Positions 13,877-28,448 of a DNA stretch of 64,000 nt are shown here, piece after piece. A program made the translations under genes and the position numbers. The notes below the pieces were generated by a model. That model had not been told where the DNA came from and ran no database searches. It saw only the letters and a program-made list of their open reading frames with translations. Positions within the stretch are counted from its first letter, which is position 1; the number at the start of each line of letters is the position of its first letter. The stretch is from assembly GCF_009914755.1 (NCBI RefSeq), contig NC_060945.1; one strand, written 5' to 3'. This DNA is from the human T2T-CHM13v2.0 reference genome, Homo sapiens.

Positions 13877-15145
13877 TGAGGGGACTTCAAAAACTTCACC
13901 AAGAAATTAAACTTAAAAATAAAAATCTAAGTATGAACTTTGTCTCTTACTATGAGCTAAGACGCTTTTGTAAGCAATGACAGCAACGATTTAGTTCATC
14001 TCTAAATAAATGATGGTCCTAAGAATTTAACCATGTCAAGGTAGTCTTTTTTACATTATTAATTAAATAAAATTCACGCCCTTTACAGATGTTTTTCAAA
14101 TTAGGAAAGAAACGAAGTCAGAAGAAGCCAAATCAGAACCCTAAGGGGGATGCCTAATGATTTTCCATTAAAACTCTCACAAAATTGCCCTTGTTAATGA
14201 GAGTAATGAGCAGAAGCATTGTTATGGCAGAGAGGGACTCTCTGATGAAGTTTGGCTGGGTGTTTGTGTGTTAAAGCATTGACTAACTTTCTCAAACACT
14301 CATAATAAGCAGGATTTATAGTTTTTGAACTTCCAGAGAATAAGCAAAGAGCCACGAGCATCCCAAAAAATGATGCCATGCCTTTGCTCTTGATCAGTCC
14401 ACTTTTACTTTGACTGGACCACTTCCAACTCTTGATAGCCATTAGTTTATTTGTGCTTTGTCTTCAGGATAATATTGGTATAGCTATGTTTTATCTCCTG
14501 TTACAATTCTCTTAAGAAAGCCTTCAGGATCTTGATCTCACTTCTTTAAAATTTTCACTGAATGTTTTGCTCTTGTCTGCAGCTGACCCAGGAACAAGTT
14601 TTGGGATCTATTAAATGGAAAGTTGGCACAACTTTAATTTTTTAGTAGTCAGAATTGTGTAAGGTTAACCAGTTGAGATGTCTGTGGTGTTGTGCACTGT
14701 TTCTGCTGTTAATTGTTGTTTTTCTTCAATTAGGGCATGAACAAGGTATTTTATTTCTAACAAATTGATGTGGATGGTCTGACGCTGTGGGCTTCAACAT
14801 TGTCTTGTCCCTTCTTAAAACAAGTTAACCACTTGCACACTGCTCATTTCTCTAGGTTATTGTCCTCCTAAACTTTTCATAAAGCATCAATGATTCATTA
14901 TTTTTCTACACAACCTTCACCATAAATTTGATATTGGTTCTTCCTTCATTTGAATAGAATACATGTTACTTTTCTAGGGGCTCTTTTCAAACTGATACCT
15001 TTTTCTTCTTAATGCCTCAAACTAGATACTGTTCAAACATGTTATAAAAAGTTAGTACAAGTTTATTACTATGCAAAAGTTTTGAAATTCATGAGTATTT
15101 TTTCATAGTGTGTATTTTTTCCATTATCATTTTAAAGACCCTTCA
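13877..15145 (-). mobile_element. HSMAR2 mariner transposon, near full length, inactive
   Basis: TA-TGAGGGGACTTCAAAAA left end and TTTTAAAGACCCTTCA right end resemble the HSMAR2 TIRs; minus-strand ORF 14194-14442 gives AYYECLRKLVNALTHKHPAKLHQRVPLCHNNASAH (HHDNAPAH motif region); downstream IRHPP*GSDLASSD is a broken YSPDLAPSD motif. Confidence 0.9.
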
Positions 15146-17809
15146 CCAAACCTCAAATCTTATTTTGCTTAACTTGCATCTGTCAAGTGTATTTTTCTAT
15201 AAAATAATGTTAGTGTCTTTTCTCCATTTACTTGATTTAAATATTTTGCCACTTATCTTACCAGAAGACGATGCAAAGTAACTGAAGGCTAACATAGATT
15301 TCTTTAATGTAAGTAATATTAATATATATGACCAAGCCATTTACAATTTCTATCATGTCTACTGTAAAATATGTATGCAAATATGGTGATTTTGATTAAT
15401 GTATTTATTAAAAAATCTTCAACGGAAAGCTGTTTAACCTGTAACATGGATGAGTATTTGACAAAAAAATTAATAAGTATGCATCCTTTCAAAAACTCAG
15501 CATATGTGTTTTGAGTATGTAAAGAATGCCAAGTATTGGACGACGTTATGAGAATATATAAGAATACAAGACAATCAAGATGGCTGCTTTTAGGAAACTT
15601 ATATTTGGAGGGATTAAAATAATCAACATTTAGGAATAAATGGAAGTTTCATTACAATTAAATATAAAATAAATAAATAATCACTAGTTACAAAAGTCAT
15701 TTTTTAAACTAGAAAATAGCTAACATTTTATTTACACATACCCAAGGAAAAATGCTATTAATAGATACATTTCTGAAGAATAATATATATGTAAATGCAC
15801 ATTTTATCAGAAAGTGGCACAATATTTTAGATCTTTACAAATAGTCCAGTGGTTGTTCAATCATTCAGTTTAATATTTGTTCATCCATGGAGGGTTATTC
15901 CAGTACCAATTATTCTATCATGGCAATAAGTAGAAGTCTCCATGCTTCTTAAAATATAACAAAGTTTTATGTGATATTGCCTTTGTAAAATGAATACTTT
16001 CACTAGTTTTAAAACAACTGAGTAGATATGAGGAAACCATGTGATTCTGAAATACTAAAGTCACATAAAATAGATATTGTTTTCTAGGAAAGTCATCTGA
16101 CAAAGGACGGATTCCTAGTAATAGAAACCATTTGAGAAATTGTTGAAATTAGACAAGCAATGATTAGGACATGAAATGGAACAGTAGTTGTAGGAATGAA
16201 AATAGAATGTTTAATATTGTAATATGAAAATGTTATACAATTTTTTATTTCCAGTATATTTAAGCATTTCCAAATATACGAAACTACGGTGATTCTGAGA
16301 TGCCTAGAGCAGGAACTGTGTTGTCATAAGCCTATTTATTTTAATATAGACCGTTGAATTTTTAAACCCAACACATCATAGTGACAGTTCTAAAATGCCC
16401 TTGGGCTTCAAAACTGTTAAAAATGTTTCCCCTGTCCTGATTCTATTTCATGAATCTATATATTGCAGTTTCTTTTTACAGCCTAATTAGAGAATTAAGA
16501 TTTACAAAGGCCCGGAAGTCAAATCAATGCAAAGAGAACACTGTAATTTGTTTCCCTGGGTCATATGAGTGAGTTGTGATCAAGAGTCAAAAAATTATGG
16601 TTGAAACTGTTGCCAGTGAGAGATTAACACCCAGAGGATGAAACTTTAGATAAGACACTATACTAAAGTAAGCAAGCAAGCAGGTTATTGAACAGTACAT
16701 AATTAAGGTTGGAGACTACAGGTATTGACAAATGAGAACATAGGCCAAGTAGTTTCCTAGAAATTACAGATTAAGGCTCATGACATTTATTTTTCTCCAG
16801 ATAATATTATGATGCTTAATTTGTAGGAGGCATGCAATGTGTTGTTGCTGACTATAAAATTAATGCTCTTCCCTCTTCTGCAAAAATCCAAAACGTTCAA
16901 TGAGGTATGAGAGTCATATTATTTAAAAGTTCCACATTTTCCTAACAGATTTTTCACTCACCAAATTCTCATGTAACAAGTATTAAGTCAGGTGGATTAT
17001 ATTTGGGATCACTCAAAACTTGTTCCTATCACTGCCTCACACCCATTCTTACGTATGTGTACTATAAATGATGGTGTCTGGATAATGATTACTGACCCAT
17101 ATGCAGCTCCCAAACCACAGCAAACTTTGGAAATTCCACTACAAGGTCCAGATGCTGTATACTGTATATGTAAACTGTTTCAGGAAGGAAGATTGCATAT
17201 TAATAACATAGTCTATGTGGGTTATCTCTGCAGGCTAGTGAACATTTTGCAGAAGTAGTTCTTGGGGAAAGCAAATTGTATGCAGACAACTAGAGTGTTC
17301 CAAGTTTATTTCAACCTACGGCTACATTACATGTTTAGTCTTATCATAATTAGTATTTTTGTTTCAATTATTAAAATCTCTCCATTTTTATAAATTACTT
17401 ATTTTATTAATATCTTTCAAAGATAAAAATAAATCTGAAGTATCAAGCTGTGTATTCTAGATACTGCAGAATATTATGTCATTTTTATGTGCTCAAACTG
17501 AACTTCCTTCTGATTGTATAGAGTACAGAATAGCAATTGACATTTTTTGGAAAAGTGTAAAAATCAAAACGTTGGTAAATGAAGACCACCACCAACCAAA
17601 ATTTATATCTAGTAGTAGATATATACAACTTAAAAAAATACTAGCATTTATTAAGTTTTACTGCTTATTATAGTTATTAATTCAATTTAACTATTTACCA
17701 ATCATGTGTTTTCTAGGCACCTCCTATGAACCAGGATCTGTACTTGGTGTCCCAGTTATAAAGTAAAACAGCCTGTCCTTCCTGCACTCAAGGAGACAGC
17801 TCCATAAGC

Positions 17810-17950
17810 AGGGAGCTTGTTAAAAATGCAGAATTTGGGGAACTATTCACATGGATTTTTACTAAGTTACATTGAAAAAAGCCTGGGACTAGCTACGATC
17901 TCCTCTCTGGTGATTTGGATGTGATAGTCTCTTAAGCATATTTTGAAATA
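17810..17950. mobile_element. MER5-like hAT fragment
   Basis: GGGAGCTTGTTAAAAATGCAGAATT ... GGTGATTTGGATG. Confidence 0.5.
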
Positions 17951-18269
17951 TACTCGCCCAAAGAATGGAGAAAGACCCAGCCGGCCCTCCTCATGTGGCT
18001 GCTGAGGGAGCTATATGTATAATTAAAAAACTGCCGAAAACAAAGTCTCCTGTTCTGTTTTTTTTTCATTTACTTTTTTCTACCACTTCAGTTCACATCT
18101 TATTTTCTTCCATTTAATAGTTTTCTGCTGTTAGCCAAGGAAACAGGAAATTTGAATGCTCCATTCCACACCAAATGAATCAGGACCTCCAGGTGAAAAA
18201 AAAAAAAAGTGGAGATCTGCTTTTTCTTCTTTTTCTTTCTTCTTTTCATTAATCTCTATTTGGAGAAAC

Positions 18270-18400
18270 ACTGGTCTTGGAAATGAATTGACAAATAACA
18301 TGACCTTAGACAAATCAATTAAGTTTCTTGACCCCTGACTCTTTTTTCATCTGTATAATGCTATTTTTACTAAGGATTTATTAATGTTCTTCCAGCTCTG
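18270..18400 (+). mobile_element. MIR fragment
   Basis: TGACCTTAGACAAATCAATTAA...TTTTCATCTGTATAATG core. Confidence 0.6.
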
Positions 18401-21400
18401 ATATTTTCTTATTGATTCTAATTACATTTCAGATTTATTCATTTTCTTTTTGATACAAATTCCTTTGATGGGAATCTCTTTAAACAAAAGCTTTGAGATT
18501 TTAAAAAATTGTAATCTTTGATAACTTCTACATTTATAATCCTCATTTTAAATTTTCTCTTGTTTACCACTAGTTAATCTTCAAGTCTTGAAGACAGCTC
18601 AGATTGGAAAATATATGAAAGCCCATGAAAGCCCAGTTCTTGTTTCTTTCCTATTTGCATTTGCTTTTTATAGAAATCTGGAAAAATTAACAAATTTTAA
18701 AATGGTTTGTAATAATTATTTCATTTATCTTTTCTAGGGTTTCTAATTGCTTTTCATTCATTGGAGATGACAGTTCCAAATATATTCACCTTTTTAAATG
18801 AAGAGGATAGAATTTTAATCGGAAGAATGAGAAAATAAAAGTGCTATGATTAGAAAAACTTGAGGATTATTCTAACCAGCAAGAAAAGATCTTAAAAACT
18901 TCAGAGGAATTGCAGAATTAAAAAAAATATATGTGGCACGAACTCGATTGGATAGATAAATACAGGTAATAGATATCTTTGAGGTAAAATAGGACCTCAA
19001 TTTAAATAGATTAATGTAAGAATTTAAAAAATGCTGATGTAATATATCAATATTACATCAATATATCATAATTATACATCAATAATACATCAATATATCA
19101 ATATTACAATAATCCTTTCTGGGCTGAAGGAAATAGAAATAAATAGGAGCAAGCCACAGTGGAAAAAACATACAATCTGTTTCACTAGGTGAGAGGGTTG
19201 TCCTGAAAACATCTGACATCTGGAATGACCTTGTCTCCACGTATGCAAAGTCCTCCAAATATCCTAAGGTTAATATAATGCCATCAAGTAAATGGACTTT
19301 GTTTATATACACGGGAACTTTTTAAGAAATCAAAACAGATTAAAATTCTTGAAAGCAGTATGATTGATCAATAACTAAATCTATCCATAACTGACAATTT
19401 GCACAACCTGGGCAACAAGCATTTTCCAGGAATAAATTGCTATTCATCCATAGTGTGTAAATGACTCTTCCAAAATGATTTTAAGCGATATCACCATCTT
19501 ATTTTTTTCTTCCTGTTCCATCTTCCACTGTCTCAAACTCTCTTTACTTCGTTCTTCAGTAACAGCTTTCATCTGCTTTATTTCCTTTAAATATGTGATA
19601 ATCTCTGCTCATTGACTCTATTTTCCTAAGATACGGTTGTTCTAATTGATTTTACCTCAGCTAACATCAGGAGCATTGTAAAAATTAATAACAATCTTAC
19701 ACAAGAATCTTTCTTAATACTATGAAATATAATCAGGTTTAACATTTTTATAAATGTCTTTGTTTAGAGTAAAACAGGTGATGACATGGCTTTATCATCA
19801 AGGGGTTCACCTCAATGCTAACCTAAAAAGAGAGGAAATTAGTTCTGATATAGGATCCAAACACAATTAAGCATTTTAACTCATCATATAACAATCTCTT
19901 TGTCTCAATCAACTGCTAATCTTCTGTTATACAATGAATTTCCTTCTTTCAATTATTGTCTAAGAAGCATTCTATTTTTGGCATAAAATATTGATTTCCA
20001 TAAACAAAAATTCATGAAGGTACAGCGTAAGTGTGAAGACTTTAGATTTATATATGATTTCTGAGCATGGGCTATTAATTTTGGTTGACTTTGAGAGAAC
20101 ATTTGAATTGATTAGTATTAACTATTTTTAAATCAGTAGAGATAGAGTTATCATATACATATAGATGTGTATATGCATATGTATGTATGTATTTTTCTTC
20201 TTTTTTAAATAATAGGAGTAATGGGACAAGATAAACTCGTGTAGACTAAAGAAACTTGTATAGACTAAAGAAAATAAGTTGGTACATTTGAATTGTAGTA
20301 TACAAAGGTAGAACCTATTATAAATGTATGTATGTATTAAGTATGATGAGTAATAACTATGTCTCTGAAAATCCTTCCTGGAAAATTGTTTTCTCCTAAA
20401 TATGCTGCTGCAGTTAACTTGTATTTTCCTATTAAAACACTATTGCAATATGCTATGTTGCTTGCTTGCTTGAGTACACGTTACTTGAGTTAAACTTTGT
20501 GACAGCAGGGAGGGACCACACCTCTCTTTTTCTCATTTTTTTCTCCAACACCTTTTCTAATATATGAACAGAGTTTTGGCCTCATAAATACCCATTGCAA
20601 TAAATGGGAGGCATATTTTAGGCCCTGGTCATTCCTGCAAAGTCATGCTCAACCTCAACGCCAGTAATCTGGTATGTTATTTTTTGTTATCTTTTTTTCT
20701 AACAGTGGAATAAGTATTGCAGTGATTTTATTTTATTGTATCCTATGTTATGGACCTTGACACTTCCATTGGATACCTTAACACCATCTGTTCTATGCAT
20801 CACTGCAGAGAAAGGTTGATGAAAGATTGATACCTGTCATCTTAGGAAGTCATTTGTGCACTAGTTAAAGCAATTATAAGTGGGATGATAGTCTCTGAAA
20901 AATGTCCATTTTCCTTTTGTAAAGTAATTCTGTTGTTTATGTCATGTCTCCATTGATGAGCCCACTGTCTCTCAAACTATTCACTTGCCTCTTTCTAATT
21001 TTATAATCTCCACACCTTTGGAATTTGCCAACACAACAGAGCATTAGATGATTTTCTTGGACTTCATGCTTGATCTGCTTCAATCTATACTATTTGTTAT
21101 AAACCCTCATGACTGACAGATCAGACCTATCATCTTGGATCCTCTGTAGTAGCATATTTTGTCTTTGACAGATTATAACTTAAAATGGCTGAGAATACTT
21201 TGTCAACTTAAAAATGTATCTGTAATATTTACAAGTATATCATTTTTGTCTTAAGTACTACAAAATAAAGTTAACTATTTTTAACTAGTTGCATTAAAAA
21301 GTGAAAACTGTTTTTCATTTCTAAATATGCTATTCTCTTCTAAGTAAAATAGGATAAAGTACTTTTTATTGAAAATCAAAATTATAAATCTGTTATCTTC

Positions 21401-22230
21401 AAACTTACTATGTACTTGTGAGGTTTTTTATGTTAGGGAGTGCTTGAGTATAATGGGAGATCAATATAAAACCTCATTTAGGAAACATTTTTGCATCTAA
21501 AATCATGCCTAATAGAAAGCTCAGGCAGTAGAAGTGGTGAGCATTCCTGATAAAATTCTTCTTTATGAGCAAAAAAAATTCAAGACAAATGTGTTATGAA
21601 TCTGATTTTTTTCATATTTATACCAAAACAAAGAATGTTACATAATGAAGTCATGGGTGGTTTTTACTGAGAGTGTTAAATTGTGGAGAACTAGTTATTT
21701 TCTCATAAGGCTTTTTGTCTGTGATTACTGTTCAGTTACAATTGATGTCCTTAAAGGCAGCGGAAACATCCATATCCACCATATCAGTCACGTTCCAAGT
21801 AGCTGACTGTTGAATACTTGGGGCATTAAGTAAGAGGCATCAGCCAAGAATGTTGAGAAAATTAAAGGGTTGTTAGAATAGAAAGAAAAAAGTTGAAAAA
21901 ATATGGTGAGAAGTGCTGTACAGTACCATCCTTTAACTTTGACAGAAAAGTTGATTTCATCGAGAGTAGAAGAGCGGTTACAGTGTCATTTTTAACGTAA
22001 GTTGAATATGTACTTAATTTTTAGTAGGAATGGGATATCCTCTGAATTTGTAGATAAAGTTATTTTTATTTAATCAGTTTCTACAGCATTTCACCTTTCT
22101 TATGATCCACTTTATTATGACTATCTATAAATGTTTATCATTTATTATCTTTATATCTTCTTTTAAATTTTCTTATATGGATCTCTTGGAGTGAAGCGAC
22201 CAGATGGTAGCCACTTTTTATGAGTAGCTG

Positions 22231-22983
22231 TGACGTGGGAGTGCTGGGAAGGGAAGGTCGTGGTCCCTTTAAATGATGCAGAAGTGGGGAAGGGAAGTGC
22301 TGGGTAAAGGAGGGCATGGTCCCTGGCTAGGGCATCACCTGCCTTCTGCCCAAATGTTGCATTTCCTAAGACCACCCTCGGCCACTATGCCCCATCCTGT
22401 GTCTGTAAAAATCCCTGAGACCCTAGCAGGCAGACACACAAGCAGCTATACGTAAAGAGGATGTCAAGAGGAGCACGCAGGTGGAAGATACCAGCAGGTC
22501 AGCAGGCCATCGGCCAGCAGAATGATGCAAAATTTGGCCAGAGCAGTTGGAGAAGCTCCACAGCCCCACATCAGGGAAAAACCGTCTCCCTTCTGGCTAC
22601 CTCATCTGCTGAGAGAGACTGCCACTAAATAAAACCTTGTACTAATTCTCCAAGCTCAGGTGTGAGCCAATTCTTCCAGTACATCAAGGCAAGAACCTGG
22701 GGTACAGAAAGCCCTCTGTCCTTGCAACATGGTAGGGGGTGTAACTGAGGTGGTTAACACAAGCCCATAGATGGCAAAACTAAAAGAGCACCCTATATCA
22801 CTCACCCACTGGGGCTTCAGGAGCTGTAAACATTCACCCCCGGACACTGCCGTGGGGTCGGAGCCCCACAGCCTGCCCATCTGTATCCTCCCTGAGAGGT
22901 CTGAGCAGCAGGGCACTGAAGAAGCAAGCCACTTCCCCTGTCACATGCCCTGCAAGGTGGACAAGGAAACCTTTCCCCTTTCA
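22231..22983 (+). mobile_element. ERV1 solo LTR, LTR1 family
   Basis: TG...CA termini, GTGCTGGGAAGGGAAG..GTGGTCCCTTTAAATGAT start, AATAAA near 22629, CACTGGGGCTTCAGGAGCTGTAAACATTCACC; flanks GCTG/GGTG approximate a 4-bp TSD. Confidence 0.85.
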
Positions 22984-25900
22984 GGTGCTATCACATTACC
23001 TGTATAAGTAGTCATTCCATAAATATTTCTTGAACTAAATTTAATAGATTTATTACAGACATTAATTGGAATAAAAAAATGCCTCAAAAGTATGATCATT
23101 TCTTTTCATCTTTTATCTGGGACATAACCAAAATTTAGAAGTTTAATATTAAAAAGATGATTCTCACACAAACCTAGGATAAACATATTTTAAGACTATA
23201 TAGAACTCATTAACGAAGGAACCGAAAAGAAGGTAAAACTGGTTTAAAATACATTTTGTGGAACTGGCATATAATGTGGGAAGAAATGTTAAAATAAGAC
23301 TGCTAGATAAAATACAGCACTTGTTAATGGCCTATAAAACAATATATTAATCTTTCATGTTTTCTTTTCTACAAAGAGACATCTACAAATTGGCATGTAA
23401 ATTCATACAGTGAAAGTTACATATATATAATTGTTTTGTTGGTGTGTTTGAAAGCCAATGTTCATGCTTTAACATTCAAGTTTCAATGTTCAATGTTCAG
23501 CATTGAAAGTTCCTTCCACACTGTGTTTTTTTTTTTTTTGATGTTTTTAATGATTTTCTTAAACAGAATCAATAAACTCTTAAATAAGGCCTAATAAATA
23601 TATCTGCTTTTTCCCCAACTGTTTATATGGAAGAAATCTTAACTCCTTTATCCAAAAGAAAACAACTGCTATCATGTTTGTCTCTCTAGGCTGTGAATGG
23701 TATACTTGACTCCCAAAATCTAAGGGCCAACCATAAACTGCAACCAGAATGTAAGAAGACTTAATGAATTCATTTTCCCAAGAATTTTGCAGAAGAGTCT
23801 CGGTAGAGGAATAATAAGAAATTAGTCACTGCAATATACAGACATTGGTGAATAAAGAGTAATAGATTAGACCTATATAAGGAGTCTGGAGAACAAAAAC
23901 AAAAATGTCTTTACCAGAGCCTTGGGGTGGTGGGAGGGGAGAGGGACACAAGGAGAAGCATATGAATACACAGCCATACTTGGACTGTTTAAATCTCATT
24001 CCAGTAGAATTGAATGACTGATTTGCAAGAACATTGCTAAAAATCAAAAGTATAGGCTGCTCCAAAGTACCCTCTGAATATCTAAAAGATGCTGTGTAAA
24101 TCACGCCCTCCAACATGACTGTATTCATAAATATGTTTACATGCATATGCACAGGCAAAGACATGTCGTCTTATTTGTTAATTACTTCAAGGCGTTAGGT
24201 CTTGGGTTCACTAAATTTTAAAACTTGATATTTTTATATGTTACTGAATCTAAAAGCAAAAAATATGAAAAAGCAAAATCAAATATTTTATAATATAAAG
24301 TGAAAAAAGGGCATTATATCAAATTTGATGTATTGTGATACTAACATGGCACATCTAGTTTAGTCAGATGTCCTGTTAGGCTTCATTGCCTACATGCTAC
24401 CATAATTAGATGTGACAGTTTAGAACATTTTATGTGTTAAAAGACATAAATAGAAGTAAATTCTTTACAATATCAGGCAGGGAATTCTAAGTCAATTGGT
24501 CTGGGCTATCAAACACAAGTGAAAAAATTTCTAAGTGCACTAGAAAAAGGAAAAGCTTAGCTTCGAAAGTTGTGCTAGTGGGGTACTTTAATTATGCTAT
24601 CAAATCATATTTGAAAGACGACTGATTATTTCAATGCTGAAACACATGCACACAAGGGCAAAAGATGATTTTTAAATACAGCAGGCTTCTCTAATTCTTG
24701 TTACACTAACTGACTTAAAATGGCAAATGCAGATTTCATTGTGATGTTGATACTCTCTTCCTTTCCCCGAGGCTTCCTTTGCAACTTTTCTTGCTTGTAA
24801 ATTTTCATCCTATAGCGTTAAGTAAGCATTTAGAGGATTTCACCTGGCATAATTCATTCTTACAGTCAGACTCAGTTATGTGTGCAACAATGGCCTATCT
24901 ATTCTGACATTATCGGAAATGAAGAAATGATTTTTTTTCTTTCAGCAGAGGATAAGCCTCATAAAATCTTTGTTTCAAACACCTTAAGAGTCCCTGTACA
25001 TTTCCTAGCTACTTTTAGCTTAAAGTCTTGCACTGTTTGGTGACGTGTTCAGAGTAAAAAGTATTTTAGGTCCTACAGATTCAAATCAAAAATTGCTATA
25101 AGTCATAGGCAAAAATTAGTGTTTAGATCATCTGTTAGAATATCTGCCAATGACAAGGTTATTTCAATATCTAGATTGATTTTATATGTTGAAAATAAAA
25201 TGCTACAACCCCTTTCTCTGCAGGGCAAATTTAAAAATAAATTTAACCTGTTTATGGGGCATTAATTTAAAAACCAGTTACTTGTTTTACAAATGAGATG
25301 TGGAAGAACTACAGAATGTTAGAATTTAAGTTTTTTTCTTAAAGTATTGAGTCTACTACATCATTTTATTTGTGTATTTTATATTGGGATGAATATACAT
25401 TTAAACAGGAACAAGTAATTTTTCTAAAACATAAATTGAAAAGATAGAAGTGATAATCTCCAATAGGTAGACATAATTTGAGCACACTGATATCACAAGT
25501 TTTAATACCTAGCCTTGTAATTTCTAAAGAATATATTATTAAATGAAAGAAAATTATTATTTAAAAAATAGAGTAAACTTTGCTCCCCTAGACTGACTTC
25601 CGATGTCCTTGATTTTTTTATACTTCCGATTTTAGATAATTTCATCTTCTTCTTTTCTGTTCACAATGTCTTATGCTTCTATGTTGCTAGCCATATTTCA
25701 TCTGTTAATATGTATCTAAAGATATCCAGTGTCCTTTAGATTACATCATTTTCATTGATAACATCCTAATTCCCAGCCCCAAGTTCTTCCTTCAGACAAT
25801 ATTGGGTCTAATTTTAAGAATTTGAGGGAGTAGAAGAACCAGAAAAAGACTTCGTGTTCAGGACAAGGGATACATGTTGTAGTGACACGGTTGAGAGTAT

Positions 25901-26659
25901 CAGAAAGTGTATAGAACTAAATTGGCCCCACAATAGTGGAGGGCCCTAATGTTTAACAGCAATGACCCCTACATAGTAGAATTTCAGGAGACAATTTTAT
26001 TTTCAGATTAATTGATTAGTTGGCTTGCTTTTATTGGATAATTTTACTATTCTGGACTTGTATTACCTATAAAATATTGGCAAATTCATTTTTAAAAAAG
26101 ACACTAAGAGATGACTGGGATTCCATATGATATTTGGAGTAGCAGAAAAATCCCCAATTAAACAATGACTACAAACTGTTGGAAGCAAATCTAATGAAGT
26201 TCATTGTATCTACCTGGAATATATGGATTTGGGAAGAAAAGCTTAATCGAGCCATATAGACCTAAAATAAACAAAAATAAAGGCATTTGCAACTTTTCCT
26301 TCGGGAAGTTTTTTCTACTACTTTTTCATGTGTCCCCAGCTTCAGCTCATTACTTGCCACTCTAGTTTTCTCTTTTTTCATTATTCAAACTTAGTCAATC
26401 ACATGTTTCTGTCTGATCAACTATTTATTGATCTCCTAAAGAAGACATTCTTCCTACATTAGAACCATGTTCTACTGTTTTCATCCTAGATTGACAGTAC
26501 CTCCCACTTATTTTCATGTTCTAGGCAATGGGTAGCTTTGTTCTGCAGCTAAAATATTCTATGACACTATGATCGAAAGTGCCATGAACAAAAGTGAATG
26601 GACTTTTAATGATGAGAATGTGGGGTTCACTAGGAGTGCTGCATTCTATATGTAAAATG

Positions 26660-26960
26660 CAAGTTTTGGAGTCAAGATTGGAATACAGATTTTAACACGT
26701 TACAATCTACCGTTACAAGTAAAAGTAATCTGCCATTGCTTTTAGTGGCAAAACCGCAATTGCTTTTGCACCATGCTAATACTTTCCATACGTGATCTTA
26801 AATAGGAAGATATAACTAGAGACTTAATTATATTTAAAATGGAGATAAATAATATGAATGATAAAGTTGTATTATTTTATCTAATGAGATAATATGTAAA
26901 AGTTTTTAGCAGAGTGTTTGAAATATAGTAAATTTTCAATAAACATTCTCATTACTAGTT
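26660..26960 (+). mobile_element. MIR interrupted by MADE1
   Basis: TTTGGAGTCA, GTGATCTTAAATAGG, TAAAATGGAGATAAATAAT, AATGAGATAATATGTAAAAG. Confidence 0.6.
26721..26779. mobile_element. MADE1 (Hsmar1-derived MITE), partly deleted
   Basis: AAAAGTAAT..TGCCATTGCTTTTAGTGGCAAAACCGCAATTGCTTTTGCACCA..CTAA followed by TA. Confidence 0.85.
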
Positions 26961-28141
26961 AGTATTTTATACTGTAGGTATATATTTTTGGAAAGAGTAT
27001 GCAATAAATGTTTAGCAATTCTTTTCGCCAGTTTTCTTTGATGGAATAATGTTTTCAAGTTTGAATCAACGAGGTTTAGGTGCACCTAGTAAATCTGTAA
27101 ATTCTAGAATTTGTCCATGACCCAGTTCTGACCAGGGGATTCCAACTGGATGGTTGTAATTGATTTGTCCAGATATGAACATGTGACCCAATCTAGACAT
27201 AAAATTAAATCTTAGCTGTTCCCTAGATAAGAGAAATAAAATTCTGACCACATCATTTTATTTCCTGACTCTAAAATTAACTATAATTCTAGACTTTTTA
27301 GTTATACACAATTGTGTTTGAGAGCTATCTCATATCAACTTGTGAGATCCAACTATTAAATTTTTAGAAATTTTTTGAGGTCATTTTTAGACACAGAAAT
27401 TATTAAAATAAACATGTTAATTTATAATTAAATTATATTAAAAATAAGGAAAATAAATTACTTAAATTCATCACTTCCTAAGTATTTTGCTATATTTTGC
27501 TGTGATTTATGCTACCAAAAATACTTACATAGATGACGTTTGTATCATGGCAACATTATATAATGGCAAGCTAATGTGCATCTCTCCAGCTCCCTATTAG
27601 TGGCCTTAGGTTGTACCTTGTAATTCCGTCATGAAGAGAATATTTACAGCATGAAAATTAACACCGCATATCAGGGTTAGATTTAATATTTTGATTGTGT
27701 AGAATTAATAAAAGTAATTAATAAAAGTAAAAATGAAGAATGAATAAAAGTATTCTAATAATGCAAATTATTTTTTAAATTGTGTCTGTAACCATTACAT
27801 TGCGAACAGCCCCAACATACAAGGACATATCCTTGTATTAAATATTCATGATTCTCAGAAAAGTGATTCTATCATTGGTGAACAGGTAAAGGTTTTAATT
27901 AATTTTACTTCTATCTTACCACTAATGTACATAAAAATAGTAACCAATGTTCATATTGAAACTCTATTCATTTGCTGATTGCAGTCAGTTATCTATGGAT
28001 TTAAGAGTTTGGCAAAAATTAACAAAAACTCCCCCTGAAAAGGGAACTAATATTTTATTACTTGTGTGTTATATGCTCTGCGTCCTTATATTAGTAAAAC
28101 ATTTAAAAAGTTGCATATAAAACTTTTTTGAGAGATAATTC

Positions 28142-28448
28142 TTTTTTTTTTTTTTTTTTTTCTGAGATGGAGTCTCGCTCTGTCGCCCAGGCTGGAGTGC
28201 AGTGGCGCAGTCTCGGCTCATTGCAAGCTCCGCCTCCCGTGTTCACGCCATTCTCCTGCCCCAGCCTCCTGAGTAGCCGGGATTGCAGGCACCCGCCACC
28301 ATGCCCGACTAATTTTTTGTGTGTGTTTTTAGTAGAGATGGGGTTTCACCGTGTTAGCCAGGATGGTCTCGATCTCCTGACCTCGTTATCCACCCGCCTC
28401 AGCCTCCCAAAGTGCTGGGATTGCAGGTGTGAGCCACGGCGCCCGGTG
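28142..28448 (-). mobile_element. AluY-like
   Basis: Y-type diagnostics (GCAAGCTCCGCC, TTCACGCCATT, GTGTTAGCCAGGATGG); TSD GAGAGATAATTCT/GAGAGATGATTCT. Confidence 0.95.

Noticed and set aside
19040-19108. Short ATATATCAATATTACA duplications
   Set aside because: Ordinary AT-rich slippage repeat
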